From: Lama glama | Lineage: Eukaryota | DNA: 64,000 bases | NCBI GenBank assembly: GCA_028534125.1 | Contig: CM052832.1 | Location: forward strand, 19,718,001-19,782,000 | Direction: 5' to 3' | In this document: positions 23,532-37,470 of the stretch, piece by piece | How positions within the stretch are numbered: the first letter of the stretch is position 1 | Layout: the number at the start of each line of letters is the position of its first letter | Notes under the pieces: model-generated | Told to the model about the DNA's origin: nothing | Seen by the model: only the letters and a program-made list of their open reading frames with translations | Database searches by the model: none | Made by a program: the position numbers and the translations under genes

Positions 23532-23830
23532 TGTGGTTAGCTCTTGCCACAATAACGTTATTATGTAACAAACTATCCAAAAATTCAGAGACTTAAAACA
23601 GCAATTATTTATTCTTACTCTTCCATCTGCAATGCAGATGACCGTTGGCTGGTCTAGTCCGGACTCGGCTAGCTTGGCCTCCAAGCTGCAGACTGGGGTC
23701 AGGTCTGCTCCACATGAACCTCATCTTCCTCAGACCAGGGAGCAAATCAGGGTGTGTTCTTCTAATCGTGATGGAGGAATCTCAGGGGGTCAAGCCAACC
23801 AGGCAAATACATTTCCTCAACATTTTGTTA
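23532..23830 (-). mobile_element. MLT1-type (MaLR) LTR fragment
   Basis: gtaacaaactatccaaaaattcagagacttaaaacagcaattatttatt...caggtctgctccacatg. Confidence 0.7.
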
Positions 23831-23839
23831 TAAACTGGC

Positions 23840-24650
23840 TCCGAACATGGAAAAGACAAAACAACTAGACAATGAAAACCGATTTAAGTACCACCTGGAT
23901 TCTACTATTACTATTTTTCTATATTTACTTTACCACATATATACCCAGCCCTATATCTCTCTCCATCCACTAATCCATCTTACTTTTATGTATGTAAAGT
24001 AAGTTACAGACAGCAGAAGATTTCACACTTAAACATGTACGAATGTATATCATTATAAAGAGTTTAATATTTGTTTACATTTTAAGTGCAATTTATATAC
24101 AGTTACATATGCAAATATTGATCATTCCTTTCTCTGAGTTTAGATAAATGTGGACACTTGTGTAATATACCCCATCAAATTATAGAGCATCATAATGGCG
24201 ACAGAAAATTCCCTAATGCACATCACAGTATGTCCTCCTCTTCCAATCTTCAAAAACAACCACTGTTCTGCTTTTGTTTATGTAGTATTGTTTAGCCTGT
24301 TCTAGAACTTTATAAACATGGATTCATACACAGAAAATCAAACATGCAAGCCTTGTTTTATTTGGCATAACATTTTGAGCATTCTTATAATTTACATAAT
24401 CAATAGTTTCTTTTTATCTGTGAGTGATATTACACTGCATGAATATACCAATATGCTTATTCATTCTCCTGTTGATGGACGTGTGAACTCTTTCCAATTT
24501 TTTTTACTGTTTTGAGTAAAACGACCATGATCATTTTTATAGATCTCTTTTTGTGAGCATATGCTTTCTTTCATTTCAGTAAATGTATGAGTAGAATTGC
24601 TAGTGAGTTTATGTGATGATTTAAAACATTTCCACAAATTCTTTGACATT
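23840..24650 (-). mobile_element. Old L1 (L1MC/ME) 3' fragments
   Basis: Antisense L1 3' motifs such as aaccactgttctg, tagcctgttctagaacttta and ttattcattctcctgttgatggac. Confidence 0.65.
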
Positions 24651-24780
24651 TTTCTTCAAAACTGAGTGACATTCAGTGGCAATGCACTTATGCAAATTAT
24701 TGTTACCTCTAGACACTGTTGTCAAGTGCCTGTTGAAGGAATGTCTTTGGTTGACCAGGTATTTACTGTTATAGAATATT

Positions 24781-24802
24781 TGTGTGTGTGTGTGTGTGTG
24801 TG
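24781..24802. repeat. (TG)11 microsatellite
   Basis: Perfect TG run. Confidence 0.95.
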
Positions 24803-25439
24803 TTTGAAAATAAGGAGTATGATAGGGAAAGCTGGTTGATTCTAAGTGTGCTGGAAAACTTAGGGGAAGATTTAGGAACTCAGTGCTTTTAATTCCCTGC
24901 TCACAGTCCCTGTAAGAGACATGAAAACTTCTGTGATTTCCCCTCAGAAACCTTTTCCGTCTACAATCGTAAGGCTGAGATTTCTGAAAACTAAACTCAA
25001 AATCTATTACTAGAGATGGCTGTGTACCACACAAAGCTAATTAACCAATTTATCAATTAATTCGTTAGTCCTTCCCTAAAGACTTATAATAACCTGCTCT
25101 AAGTAGTTGCCTTGCAAGGGACTGCTGATCTCCTCAGTAGCAACCTTCATTTTCTCTCCTTGCTTGTAGACCTTTAAGTAGACTGAGGTCCAACAAGGCC
25201 CAGGGAGTAAGATTTTTTTTTTACAGTGAGAAGTATTATAGACACCAAAAAAATTGCATGGTTTTGCCAATTTATATCAGCAAAATCTGGGGGATGTGTG
25301 TGTGAATGGATCTTAAGGAAAAAGGAATAATTTTTAAATGTTTTGTTGCTAAGGTAACTTAATACAATTGATTTTTGTATACCATTCTTATACCTTGCAA
25401 CCTTGACAAACTCATTTATTAGTTCTAATAATTGCTTGG

Positions 25440-27100
25440 GCCAGCTTGGGCCTCAGAGCTTCTTAGATGAAGAGGATACCAGATCTCATTGAGGAAGGCC
25501 CTCATTACACTGCCAAAATTTTACTGTTTATCTTACTCCTGGCCTTTCACAAAGGGACCTGTAGTTACTTACCAGAGTGAAGGAAAAATAAGTCAACTTT
25601 TCAGTAATTACTGGAAATCACTGTGTTACACCAGTCACACTAGGGGCTTATGGAGGTTAAGTAATCATTGGCATTTTGGCTCATGTCCATTTCAAAGTGG
25701 GTCCAATGGGTCCCATGTTCTGCTCTGTGGTTATTTCTCCCAATCCAGAATGTATAATTGCAATAGTCAGAATGACAGAATCCCCTGTCACATAGAATGT
25801 GGGCTATTTTGATAGGAAAGACCAAGCGGAGGCAATTGTAACTGCCTCTACCTTTAAAATACTCAGCCCAACACAAAACCACATTCCCGCAGAAATGGTA
25901 AAGATTGTGCCACCCCACCATCAAGAAATAGTGATTCCCATCCCATCCCCATCAGCCCACCTATTTGGCCTGTGGAGAAGGCAGATCAATATTAGAAAAT
26001 AACATTGGATTTTGTAACTCAACTGGTTACTCCAATTACAGCTGCTGCTCCAGATGTGATTTTGTTGTTGGATCAAATCAATGTAACCTTTTACGAATGA
26101 TTATGATCAGCTATCACAGCTATTGATCTGATGATCAATAGCTCTATCTCTCTCTATGTATCTGTTCAGTAAAGATGTTGGGGTAGGGGGATTGCTTCCA
26201 GCTGATAGGACCAACAGTACCTGTTCTACCACAGGGCTATATCAAGTCTCCAACCCTATGTCATAATCTAGTCCTGGGACCATGGTCACTCTTCTATTTC
26301 ACAGGACATCGTGTTGGTTCATTATATTATATTGTTGATCCTATGCTTATTGGACCAAATAAGCAGCAAGTGGCAGTTACTCTAGATATTTGTTAGAGGA
26401 TGGGAAATAAATACCACAAAAAATTCTGGGATCTATCATCATGGTGAAATTTTTAAAAGATCCAATGTTCTTGAATATGTCATGATATTTTTTTTCCCCA
26501 ATTATTCTAAGACAACTTGCTTTAGGTAACCTCTCCTATCATATAGAAAGAAACCCAATTCCCAGTAGAACTCGTTGGATTCTCTCTGGGTAGAGCCCCA
26601 AGTTTTAGAAGTAAGGATACTATTACATATAAATTGGCAGATATCCTAAAGCAAAAGTGAACTTTACTCTCAGGGTCAAGACCAAGAAAAATGGAATTTT
26701 CAAAGAAAAGTTATTTCCATTCTGTGGCAATATTGTAGAGTGAAAATGGCTGCATGGTGTTATTGGACACATATGTTGAGACAACCTCCTATACACACAC
26801 ACATGCTATAATAACAGTGGCAGTAGTTACGATGTCTTATATTATTCAGAAACAGATCTTGACAGGAAGCAAAGAGATTTCTCCAGATGGTTAGCCATAG
26901 AGGCCCAGAGGAAGCTCAAAATAGTTTGCATGAACATGTGGAACTGTGGCAGGTACAGAGGGACTATAGTTGCTAAAGAAAGAGTCAATAAAATGAATTT
27001 CTTCACCAAGAAGGTGAAGCACACATCCTCTGCCATCAATACCTGAATATAAGATGAGCCTCCTGGGAGTTTGATCATAGGCACAAGTGAAGAAGAATAG
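25440..27100 (+). mobile_element. ERVL internal fragment (degenerate protease/RT)
   Basis: atttggcctgtggagaaggcagat (IWPVEKAD), ctaccacagggctatatcaagtctcca..tgtcataatctagtc (LPQGYIKSP..CHNLV), and gttcattatatt (VHYI, decayed YIDD). Many lesions. Confidence 0.85.
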
Positions 27101-27177
27101 AGGATAATATGCCTGGAGACTTATTAAAAGAGAAATTACTTTGGTTTATCTGGATATTATTAGACTACATTTTCTGC

Positions 27178-27277
27178 NNNNNNNNNNNNNNNNNNNNNNN
27201 NNNNNNNNNNNNNNNNNNNNNNNNNNNNNNNNNNNNNNNNNNNNNNNNNNNNNNNNNNNNNNNNNNNNNNNNNNNNN
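27178..27277. other. Assembly gap (100 N)
   Basis: Run of 100 Ns. Confidence 1.
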
Positions 27278-30119
27278 GAATGGACTGAAGGTTTGTGGTG
27301 GATAAGAGAGCTGGTTGCTTTATGAACAGAAGAAATAAAAATTGTGGGGACTAACAACTAGGCTATTTTTGTAGTCTAGATAGCAGATGATGGTGTCTGG
27401 ATATTTCTGGGTTGAAGATTAGAAAAGTCCAAAGCCATAATGATTTTTAAAAATAAAGATTAAATCTCTTTGCTCCTGGTGAAGAGAACTTTAGTAACTG
27501 TCAGGTATTCAACCAGGTGTTACTAGTAAAGTTCCTGTTATCTTCCACTCACCCTTTTTACTTGCTGCAAATTTGTGTGAAGTCATTCATTCATCTTCAG
27601 TTCATAAGAGTAACATACCAGAACATGTGATGCTCTCACTTCCATGATATTAGGAGTTACCTCTTTCTGTAATGGTGTGTATGAAATTAGTACAGTAATA
27701 AAGTAATAAAGAAAATGTATCTGCTGTAAAGTAGGGGTGTTTAACTGAAATGTTATATAAAAAAGAAATTGTTATTATTTTCTAACCAGGAAAGGCTTTT
27801 ATTTGTTTGGATAATTTGGCATCAGAATTTTGAACTGAATTTGAACTTAGTGGTGTATGAATTAGTTTCCCCTTGGTTAAATGTGAGTACATTTTTTTTT
27901 CCAAGAAAAACAATTTGAAAGCCTTGGAAAAGAGCTCAAAAAAGCCTCTTAATATATCAAATAACTCTTACAAAACAATTCTTTGATGTTAAGTGTGAAA
28001 GTATCAGAAACATGGAGATTAAATTTCCTCTGGGACATTTCTACATGAACGGAAAAAGTGCTTAGTAAAACACCTTTTGGGTTTTGCCTATTCCCAAAAG
28101 TATTTTAAAAGGAAAACAGGCATTTAACAAATCCAAGAGCAGCTGAAGTTTTACATCCTTTACACAGACGTATTGTGTTACTTAACTTCTTTTCCAGTTC
28201 CTTTAGTTTGATTCTTTGAATATATTTGGATTTTCTAAATTTTGCCAAGTTGGTTTTAGTTTTGGATGTATATTCTCAAATAGGACCAACAGAATGACCA
28301 GAAGTCATTGGCAACAAAGACGCTCCTCTGAGGAGTTTCTGAATTTAAGATATAATACTCTCTCCCTAATTACAACCACATCTTCCTCATTCAATGTGAC
28401 TCTAATTCAGTGAGATCAAAGCTAGCCCTGAGAAAACTGGGATATAGTCACAATTTGTTGGCTGTGAGTAAAATTGGTCCTGCATAAAATGCTCCATGGA
28501 AATACTAAGCCTTTCTTTAAAAATCAATGTTGTTTCCCTGAGTTCTATTATTCAATGACTCTTTAATAACATTTCAGTATTGATTTCTGTGATCACTTTC
28601 ATTTTCAAGAAAAGTGTTCATGAAGAAGGAAACTAACATTTGGTGTTTACTTTGTACAATGAACTGAGCTAAGCACTTTACATACATTATATTAATATTA
28701 TCTTTGAGCTGGTAAAATAAAAATTATTTCCCTTATTTTCAGATGGGCGAACAAAGTCAAAGGGTTAATGTTCACTCAGGAAATAGTGGAAATGAGCTTT
28801 ACATTTTGGCTGCTCTTTCCACTCTCAAAGTTATGGCTCTTTCTACTTTTCTGGTTTTATTTTTTTTCTCCTGTCATTTAAAGATGGATTTTTCCTAAGG
28901 ATCCGTACTTGGCTTTCTGCTAGCTATGGTTTCTTCCCGCTATGATGACATCCAATCCTAGGTTTTCACCTAATACCTCTGCATAGATGATTCCTATGCA
29001 TCTGTGACCTTTCCATCATCACCAATATGTCAGGTCCTAATTGAGTTCAAATTTAAGTTTACAAAAAAATTACTTAAGTGTGTAGTTCACTTTGAAGAAT
29101 TTTAAATCTTTAAATCAATATTCCCAGTGGGAAAAGTATGTTATCCAATAGTAATACTCATATTTAAAATGGGTTTATATTCAGATTTGTATGAAAGTTT
29201 GGCTGTTTGTCTGATGTACAATTAATAGCAGATATAAATCTTGTTAGAGCAGATGTACTGATGTCTTGATTTCACATTTTTATGTGGGAGCATTTTATTT
29301 TTAGGGCATTATAGAAAAATATCCTGAGATGAAAGAGTTCTGAGTTTAGCCTTTTATTTTAATATTTCCCTCCTTATACTGCATACATACACACATGCTT
29401 ATAATGAAAGCATGTTTTGACCTCTTTTATTGAAACAGAATCCTACACAGAGCATGTTTTCTCTGACATACGAGATTCTTTGGCAAGAGTACAACTGGAT
29501 TTTCTCAGCTTGCTGTATCTCCTGTGAGACCAACAGGAGAGAAAACCAATTGGCAATTCATTTCTCAGTTAGCCTGCTTCCCTGTCTGTATTTCAAACTT
29601 GCGGTCCCTTGTAAAATCTTACACTGAACTTCCATTGTATTCTTGAAATATTCAGTTCCTCTGCTGTATGAGATTCTCCCATACAGAAAGGTTCAATTAT
29701 AAAAAAAAAAGCATTTCCATTATGGACTGTAATAAAAAAAAGCACATTATGGTTATATGAGTACTCACACCTCAATCAGTGATAATAGAAACCATTGCAC
29801 ACCATGTGGTCAGCTTCAGACATAACCATTCATGAAGCTAATCCTAAAGTTTTGGGCAACTGGGCCAAATTCCCTAATTATCTTCAAAGTTATATCACTG
29901 CTGTCATTATTAACTGTATTTATTAATGTAATAGTTTCTTAAATAGAATTTAATAAAATAATGCATTACTTATGAAAACTTCATAATAAATATAATAAAC
30001 ATTTTTGAGTTTTTAATAGGAGTCATGGATATACAGGAAACTCGAAATTATTTCACTTTTAGTAGTTTAAATATTGAAATTATTTTAAGTAGTAGTTTAA
30101 GGTTGTTAGTTATCTTTTT

Positions 30120-30530
30120 TTAAAAAATAGACTTTTATTTTAAAAATTATTTTATATTTACATAAAAATTGCAGAGATAGTAGAGAGAACGGTTCCTGTA
30201 TACTCCATGCTAGTTTCCCTTATTACAAATATTTTACTAATATGGCACATTTGTCACAATTAATGAAACTGTACTGATACTTTATTATTAAATAAAGTCC
30301 ATACTCTATTCAGATTTCCTTAGTTTTCACCTAATGTTTTATGTTTTAGGAACCAATCCAGGATATTGCAGTACATTTAGTCATCATGTAACCTTAGTAA
30401 ACTCTTTGCTGTGGTTTTTCTCATTTTTCCCTTTTTGATGACCTAGACAGTTTTGAGGAGTACTGGTCAGGTACTTTGCAAATGTCTCTCAATTGGAATT
30501 TGTCTGTTTTTTTCCTCACAACTGGAGTGG
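30120..30530 (-). mobile_element. L1MC-type 3' end
   Basis: aaaattgcagagatagtagagag...ttattattaaataaagtccatactctattcagatttccttagtttt...ttgaggagtactggtcagg. Confidence 0.75.
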
Positions 30531-30654
30531 GTGATGTTCTTTCTCCTAAACCCATGTTTAAATGCATGCTTTCCAAATTGCTGGGTTTTCAATATACTTT
30601 TCCAAGTGAAGAATAATAATACTGCTACAACCACTATCTCTCCCCAGAATATTG

Positions 30655-30890
30655 ACTGAATGATTACTCTTGATCAGATGCTATTCTGAATGCCGTGAAT
30701 GGGTATTAACACACTGAGTCCTAACAATCCCAGGGGTTAGATATTATCACTTCCATTTTGGAGACGAGAAAACTGAGACGTAGAAAAATTAGATTTTTTT
30801 GTTGTTGATTATATTCAGGTAGTGATTGTCAGAATGAGAATTCTAATCAAGGTGATCATGAATCTAAGACAGGTTAAGTCTTAACCACTG
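30655..30890 (-). mobile_element. MIR SINE
   Basis: Core cattttggagacgagaaaactgagac...tcttaaccactg. Confidence 0.6.
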
Positions 30891-33800
30891 CATTGCTACT
30901 ATGGTGTCTTCAGAAATGTATCTAATTTGTGTATCTATCTAGAGTTGCTAGTTTTTCTGAAATTATTCCTAGAGATTGATATCTGTTCCTAGATTGTTGG
31001 GAAGTATTTTGGGGGAGAAATTCCTGCTTTGATCACACTGTTTTATAGTTGTTTCCAAAATCCCTGAAGGTGAAACTTCTGCTTGAACTTTATAGTTTGT
31101 ATGTGAAAGTATGATAAGAACTAAACGAATTTCACAATGAGGTGGGAGTTCCAAATTATGACTCAAAAGGCTAGATGGGACTGCTCTTCATATTTACAAT
31201 GGTAACATTTGTCGTAATCACAGTGAACACAAGCACTCATTCAGTCATTCAAGCAGCAAATCTTTATTGAACACTGACTGTTTGCTAGGTACTCTATTAT
31301 ATGCTGGGAAAACAAAATTTTTTTCCCTGAAGGAATTCACAGTGGAGGAGACTCACAAGGAGGTAGTTGCAATAATTGTGGTTACATGCTTTCATGGATA
31401 TATATATATATATATATGCAGGTGCAGAAGTGAGAGAGCAACACCTGCAGAAGGTCAGAGGATGTCGAGGTTAAGGTGAATCCCAAAGAATGAATTGACC
31501 AGTAGAAGTTAGAAGGTAAAAAATAGATAGGAAAGGAGTATCTTTTACTTTAGGAAAGATGAATTATTTAATAGGAACTGAGACATAAAGTCAACAAGGG
31601 AAGGAAATTCCAGGCATATGGGTGAGCAGGATAGAATACATGGAGGAGAAAGAGTCTAGGAGAGTATGTAGTAAATTACAAATGGTTTGGTGGTAGTGTA
31701 TGAAGAGTTTAAGGTAGGATGTGGTAAGAGTTTAGATTCACCACTTGCTTTTGGCAGGTAAACAGTAGATTGGAAATACATTTCTAAGACTTTTTGTTAA
31801 ATGCCTTCCATTCAAACATAGTGCGCAAAAAAAATCAAGATTCTTGCAGAGGGTCTTCTAGCAATGGGAGATGAAAGGATGTATAGTTAAAGGTGCTGAG
31901 AATCCATTAGGTCCAAGTTCTGCCTCTAGTATTTCAAGAATCTGGCTATCTAATTATCCCAAACTACAGATTTGTCTTGGATTCTTTAGAACTGAGATGT
32001 TTGTGACATTCTTGTTCCAAAGACATGCATGTGCCCAAATGCTGTCTGTTGAAGATTTGAGCAACTCATAAATTTAACTTATTCCACTCTAAAATTATGG
32101 AAAATAAGGTATCCTGAGAGTACCTATGAAGTTGCTAGATGCTTCAAGTGGCAACTGTTATCCACATAGTGACATTGCATACCAGCTGTATGAAATGGAT
32201 ACGGATGTACAGCAACTCATTTCCTTCTGCTTTCTTGTCCCCTTATCTAATTCCAAACTCTACCCTGGGTCCAAATTATGTCATGTATGAATTAACCCCC
32301 AAAATTTAAGTTTCTATAAATTCAGGTTTCATTTTCCATAAACATTTATCATGTCACTCCCTGAAATTACTCAGGATATGTTTTTTTTCCTGACTCAAGT
32401 CAAGACTATTTCCAGCAATTGAAGTCTTCCCCTACCGAGTCTCATATATTCCATTAAACCTATACTTTATTTGACCTCAATATGTTCTATGTGCTTTAAT
32501 TAAATGTCCTTTTCTACCTGAACATTCTTGCTGTTCTACTTAGCTGGAATGTTGTCACACCTCCCTTCCCCAGTTGGTCCTCTGAAGCCTTACCTACTTT
32601 TTAAGTCTTAGTCCAAGGCTCATCTTTTTCATGAAGATTTTCTTGACTATTCCAGGTACTAGAAACTAAAATGATGAGCAGTAATATTGTTGATAAAATA
32701 TATGATTATATTCAAATTCAAATAGTATTCTAGAAATAGGTAGACCCACATCTAAAAATGCAAGGAGAAACACAAACCATAAAAGTAAAAGAACATTAGT
32801 AAGACCAGTTTAAACCTAACAGCAGATGAAAAGTAAATGTTGGGTTTTACTTTTTGTGTAATTTTGACAATATTATGGTTTGGTCAGACTTAGAAGGAAA
32901 CTAATTAGTACTTGCATTATCATCAAAGGACTACAGAAACACCAAACAAAGCAGACTCAACTATCAAACCTCTTTTTTTACTAGAAGAGGAGCGGAAATA
33001 TGAAGCACTGTATGTATCCCAAGATCAGTTCTCAGGAGAAACCTGGGTGGAGGCAGGAAGAGAACAAAAGAGTACATATTTATAAAATTGCAGCCCTGTA
33101 GCTTCTTCCATTGCCTCCTGACAGATCTATATGGTCAGTGAATCATGTGGCTGCACACCTGCATGGCCTCATCTATTCCCCAGACACTGCCGCAAGCAGG
33201 AAATGCCACACTGGGGGAAGATGGAAGCTGATAGTCCTTGCACTCTGTAGTTGGGTTGGAAATAAAAGAAATCAAGGTAGCCAGAGCCTTAGCTAGTCTT
33301 CCTGCCTTCCTCAGGCCTGCCCATAGTGGGATGTAGAACAGGGAACCAACACCAGACCTCAATGATCTCACTTGCCTCTGATCCCTTATAGTCATTAACG
33401 TGTTATCATCCTAATTAGCAGCTAATTATATTCTCTTTAATTATTTTTCTCACTCTTTCAACTGTATTGGAGATCCTTGAGGGAAGAGACTGTTCTGCAG
33501 AACTGTTTTTGTCCTCTCAGTGTTTTACATAATGCTGAACACAAAGAAAGTGCACCATATGTTACCGGATCCCATTTTTAACATAAAGACATGAGAAGTC
33601 CAGTGTGTTTAAGAATGCATTTTAACTAAGACATGATTTTGATAGTTTCATCATCAGTAATTCAGTTTTTATTCAAGTCAGTTAACTTTCCACTAGATAA
33701 AAATAACATTAATTGTGCACTTATTATGTGGAGAGTGTTTTCACTTATGTTGCTTAACTTAATTATCACAACAAGAGCCAGATTAAGAAGTGGACCATCT

Positions 33801-33904
33801 GTGCCACTGCCCAGAGAGCCATTCTGATAGGCACTAAATATCTATGGGCACTTAACAATCACTGGAAGACAAAGAAATTTCTATTTATTAGACATCTTCT
33901 ACGG

Positions 33905-34060
33905 TTTTCTTACTCAAAGTGTGTTTCAAGAACCAGCAACACAGGCATTACCTGAGAGTTTGTCAGAAATGCCAAACCTCAGGCTCCACCCAGACCTGCT
34001 AACCCAGAATTTATTTGCATTTTAACACAATACCAAGTACAACACTGAAGTCTGAAAAAT
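33905..34060. mobile_element. MER5A-like hAT MITE
   Basis: actcaaagtgtg...accagc...cattacctgagagtttgtcagaaatgc...cacccagacctgct. Confidence 0.75.
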
Positions 34061-34419
34061 AGTCTTAGGGATAGTATTTATGTGGGTATTTATGTGGAGG
34101 GGTATTATTTTTATAAACTGCTTAAGGGGAGTTACACCCCAAGAGACATGCTCAAATAAAAATAATTGCTCACCAAACTGACTCCTTGGACCAGTGAATC
34201 TAGCAAGTTTCAGGGCTTTTGCTTTGCTAAGTAAGGTATGCAAGTTTAGGGCCAGAGCTAAATTGCTCATAATATAGCAGAACCTGAGTATTGCTAATAA
34301 TACTAGCAAACTTGACTTTCAAGTCAGAATGAGCACAGACAATATTCTATGTACAATTCAAAACAAATAGTTTTAAAATGTGAATATTAAAGGGCACTTC
34401 TTTCTTCTCATTATGGATT

Positions 34420-34800
34420 AGGCATACTGGCCTTCTCAGAGTTCTTTAAACTTACTCAGCACAGCTGGGACCCTTTGCACCTGTTGCTCTCTCTTCTTGG
34501 GATGCATTTCCTCTAGGTCTTTGCTTGGCTGGCTTCGTCTTGTCATCTAGGTTGCCTCATTGGAGAGTTTTTCCTTAGGCACCTTCATTAAAACAGCCTT
34601 CTAGTTTCTAACCCTTCACCCTCCTAACAGTTTTTATTACTCTCCAAATTCATCCTCTATATCTATTTACTTACTTATTTGTCTTCTCCCCTAGATTGTT
34701 AGCGCCATGAGAGGAGGAATTCTGTCTCTGTTGTTTGCCACTACATTCCCTGTTCTGGCACGTGGCAGATGCTCAATGAATAGCTGCAGGATGAATGAGT
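34420..34800 (+). mobile_element. L2 3' end
   Basis: cctttgcacctgttgct...ctagattgttagcgccatgag...tggcacgtggcagatgctcaatgaa. Confidence 0.7.
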
Positions 34801-35059
34801 CAACAGGTTGTGAAATCAAAACAGTTACTAAAATCAATATGCTAACACATACTGTATTTTACATATATATAAAATGATGAACTTTGTAGTAATCATTCCC
34901 AAATTCAAGTTCAGCTCAACTTTACATTAGATTTTTTAGTATTTGCTTTGAGAAGCAAGATGGTTTGCTATAAATACATGGAATAGATTAAGAGAGTTAG
35001 AAATCTTTTCATGTTTTTGACAACTGTTGGCTGAGTGCTTTCAATACACTCATTGACAA

Positions 35060-35270
35060 GCACCACCCTAAGGACCTAGTTCTGCCACATATTAATGCAT
35101 GGCCTTGCTCAAATTACTAAACCTGTTTAAACTTCAATTTCTTCACGTGTTAAATGGCACTTAATAATAGTACCTACTTCATGGGGTTTTTCAGACTATA
35201 AATTGGGGTAATTCATTGAAAATGATTATCACAGAATCTAATGTATTCTAAGATCACTCAACAAATCAAT
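35060..35270 (+). mobile_element. MIR SINE
   Basis: ttctgccac...cttcaatttcttcacgtgttaaatgg...taataatagtacctacttcatgggg. Confidence 0.65.
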
Positions 35271-37059
35271 ATTAGTTTCAGAAAATTTAGACAGTTGGTG
35301 CTTGGGAGGATGAAGAATTATCTTTCTGATAAAGACATTTGCATTGTGATAACAATGATAATCGATGGTATTCATAAATAATTTGAAGCATTTTTCAAAG
35401 GACTCTCACCACATGCTCTTCTATTGTTGTGGTATATTTCTTTCCTTTTTATCTTCAGAGAGAAAATAAATGTGTGTTTGATAAGTTCCTTTTACTTCTT
35501 TTAATCTCCCCTGTTACATGCCTGTGTTGGATTACAGTACATTACAATAGGATATTTTATATGGTTTATAATGGCTTTTGTTGCCATTGATCCTACTTTG
35601 TTGCCCTTTTGGGATGTTTCAATTTAGAGCCCTGAGTGTTTACCCTTCACCTTGGCTGGTCCAGAATTCCAACCTGTATCTGCACAGCACTGCCTAGGTT
35701 GCTGCTCACCTCTTAATTCTTCCTGTGGTGCTTTCTGCTTGATTCTCTATGCCTCCCTCAGGTATGCACAGCTTGAGAATCTCAAAATGCCAAGATGGGA
35801 GATTGTAGGCAGAAAGTTAGCCTCCCTTTTCTGCAGTTCCTTCTTCTCCAGCATCAAAGTCCTTTAAGTCTTGAGTCCTTTGGTTGCTTTCAATTACTTT
35901 TAGACAAATGTTGTTTAAGTACCTAATATGTTTCTGGTACTACAGCACATCCTGTAGGATTAAACAAAAGTGTATTGTCTGATTAGATCTTTGGGGCAGA
36001 GGGAGTAGATAAAGACAAGGAAGATAAGAAATAAAACTAGTAAAACAATTTAAGAAAAATTTGAAGTAGTTCACAATAAAATGCCAAATTTAACATTATT
36101 AAATTTTGGGGGTGAAATGAAAGGGGAAAAATCAGTGCTGGCTGAAATTATAGAGGATAGACTTGTTGGAGGTGGTACTAGCAGAGCTTAATCTTGACTG
36201 AAGAACAGGGGCTCAGTAATTGGGATTAAGACTGGATTAAGACGGGATATTAGAGAAATCTTAAAATGAGGTGGCTTCCAGCAGGGAGCTAGCTTGTGAT
36301 GGGAATTAGTCAAATTAGGATTGTCATGGAGTAGACAGAAAAAGTATATTTTTTTAATCACTTTATTCATGAGACACAAACTAATTAGATATCTTGCCAT
36401 AGGTCACAAACTTAGTGGCAGATATAGGACTAAAGCAAAGTTTTTGATTCTGCTCCAGTATTTCTTCCTCATAGACACAATTTTTCTGGTGTAAAGGAAG
36501 AGCCATAAAAGAGTTATGACATCTCTTACCTGAGAATTTGACAAGATAGACTGCCTGGGCTCCAAATCAATTGACTCTTCTGGGAAATACACGAAGAAGA
36601 GCTGAGGAATATGTTTGGTTTTTAAAGTTTGATGTGGAACATAAACAAATGATTATAGCCTATTTGTGAGCATGCTGACAACTGAGTAAGAATGACATAC
36701 ACAGGATGGAATCACACAAGGCTAGAAGGTACATCATCACTCAAATCCTATTAAAATAATTTGTTCACTAAACACACATCCATTCTGGTTGGACATAATT
36801 CCTGCCTCCTGGGTCTCTGGAATTCTGTGTGGCAAATTATCCAGAGCTCCTTGAGAGCAGGCCATGTGCCGTTATTACTCAGTTTTGCATTTTTAGGGCT
36901 AGCAAAATATTTGTCTAAAAGTTGGTTTTGAATAAATGTTTGATGAATTGAGTTAAGTTAATTTTTGTCTATTGGGTTATGGAAGAAAGGCATACACGAA
37001 GAACCATACACTTGCAGCTTTCATATATTGCTGTTCATGAGGTAAATTGTTTCAATACA

Positions 37060-37470
37060 TTTGGTAAGATATTTAGCAATAGATATAAACGCTAAAATTA
37101 CATGTGCTGTTTTAAGTTATTAAAATCCAACTTCTAGACATCTATCCTAAGGAGATAATGAAAAAGAAGAAAAGATACTATTTCTGAAACTACACACCAA
37201 AGCTGTTGAAAATAAAAAAACAAAAAAGCTCTAATGAATAGAAGTAGCCATAATGTCTAACAATAGAGAAATATGCAAGAAAGTATGCTACTTTCAATAT
37301 GATGGAGACATTAGAAACATAACCATGAATACTATGTAGCACACAGAAAATGCAATGCATGGTATATATTACATTAAAAATAAGAATGCAATAGATGTGA
37401 ACTATAAAATTACAACTATGAAAATAAATATACTAGAAGATCATACAAAATATAATAGTTTTATAGGATG
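37060..37470 (+). mobile_element. Old L1 (L1ME-type) 3' fragment
   Basis: ccaacttctagacatctatcctaaggagataat...aatgtctaacaatagagaa. Confidence 0.55.

Noticed and set aside
32020..32070. Minus-strand SCSNLQQTAFG resembling V2R TM3
   Set aside because: Isolated; no flanking TM2/TM3 motifs in any frame, so likely chance.
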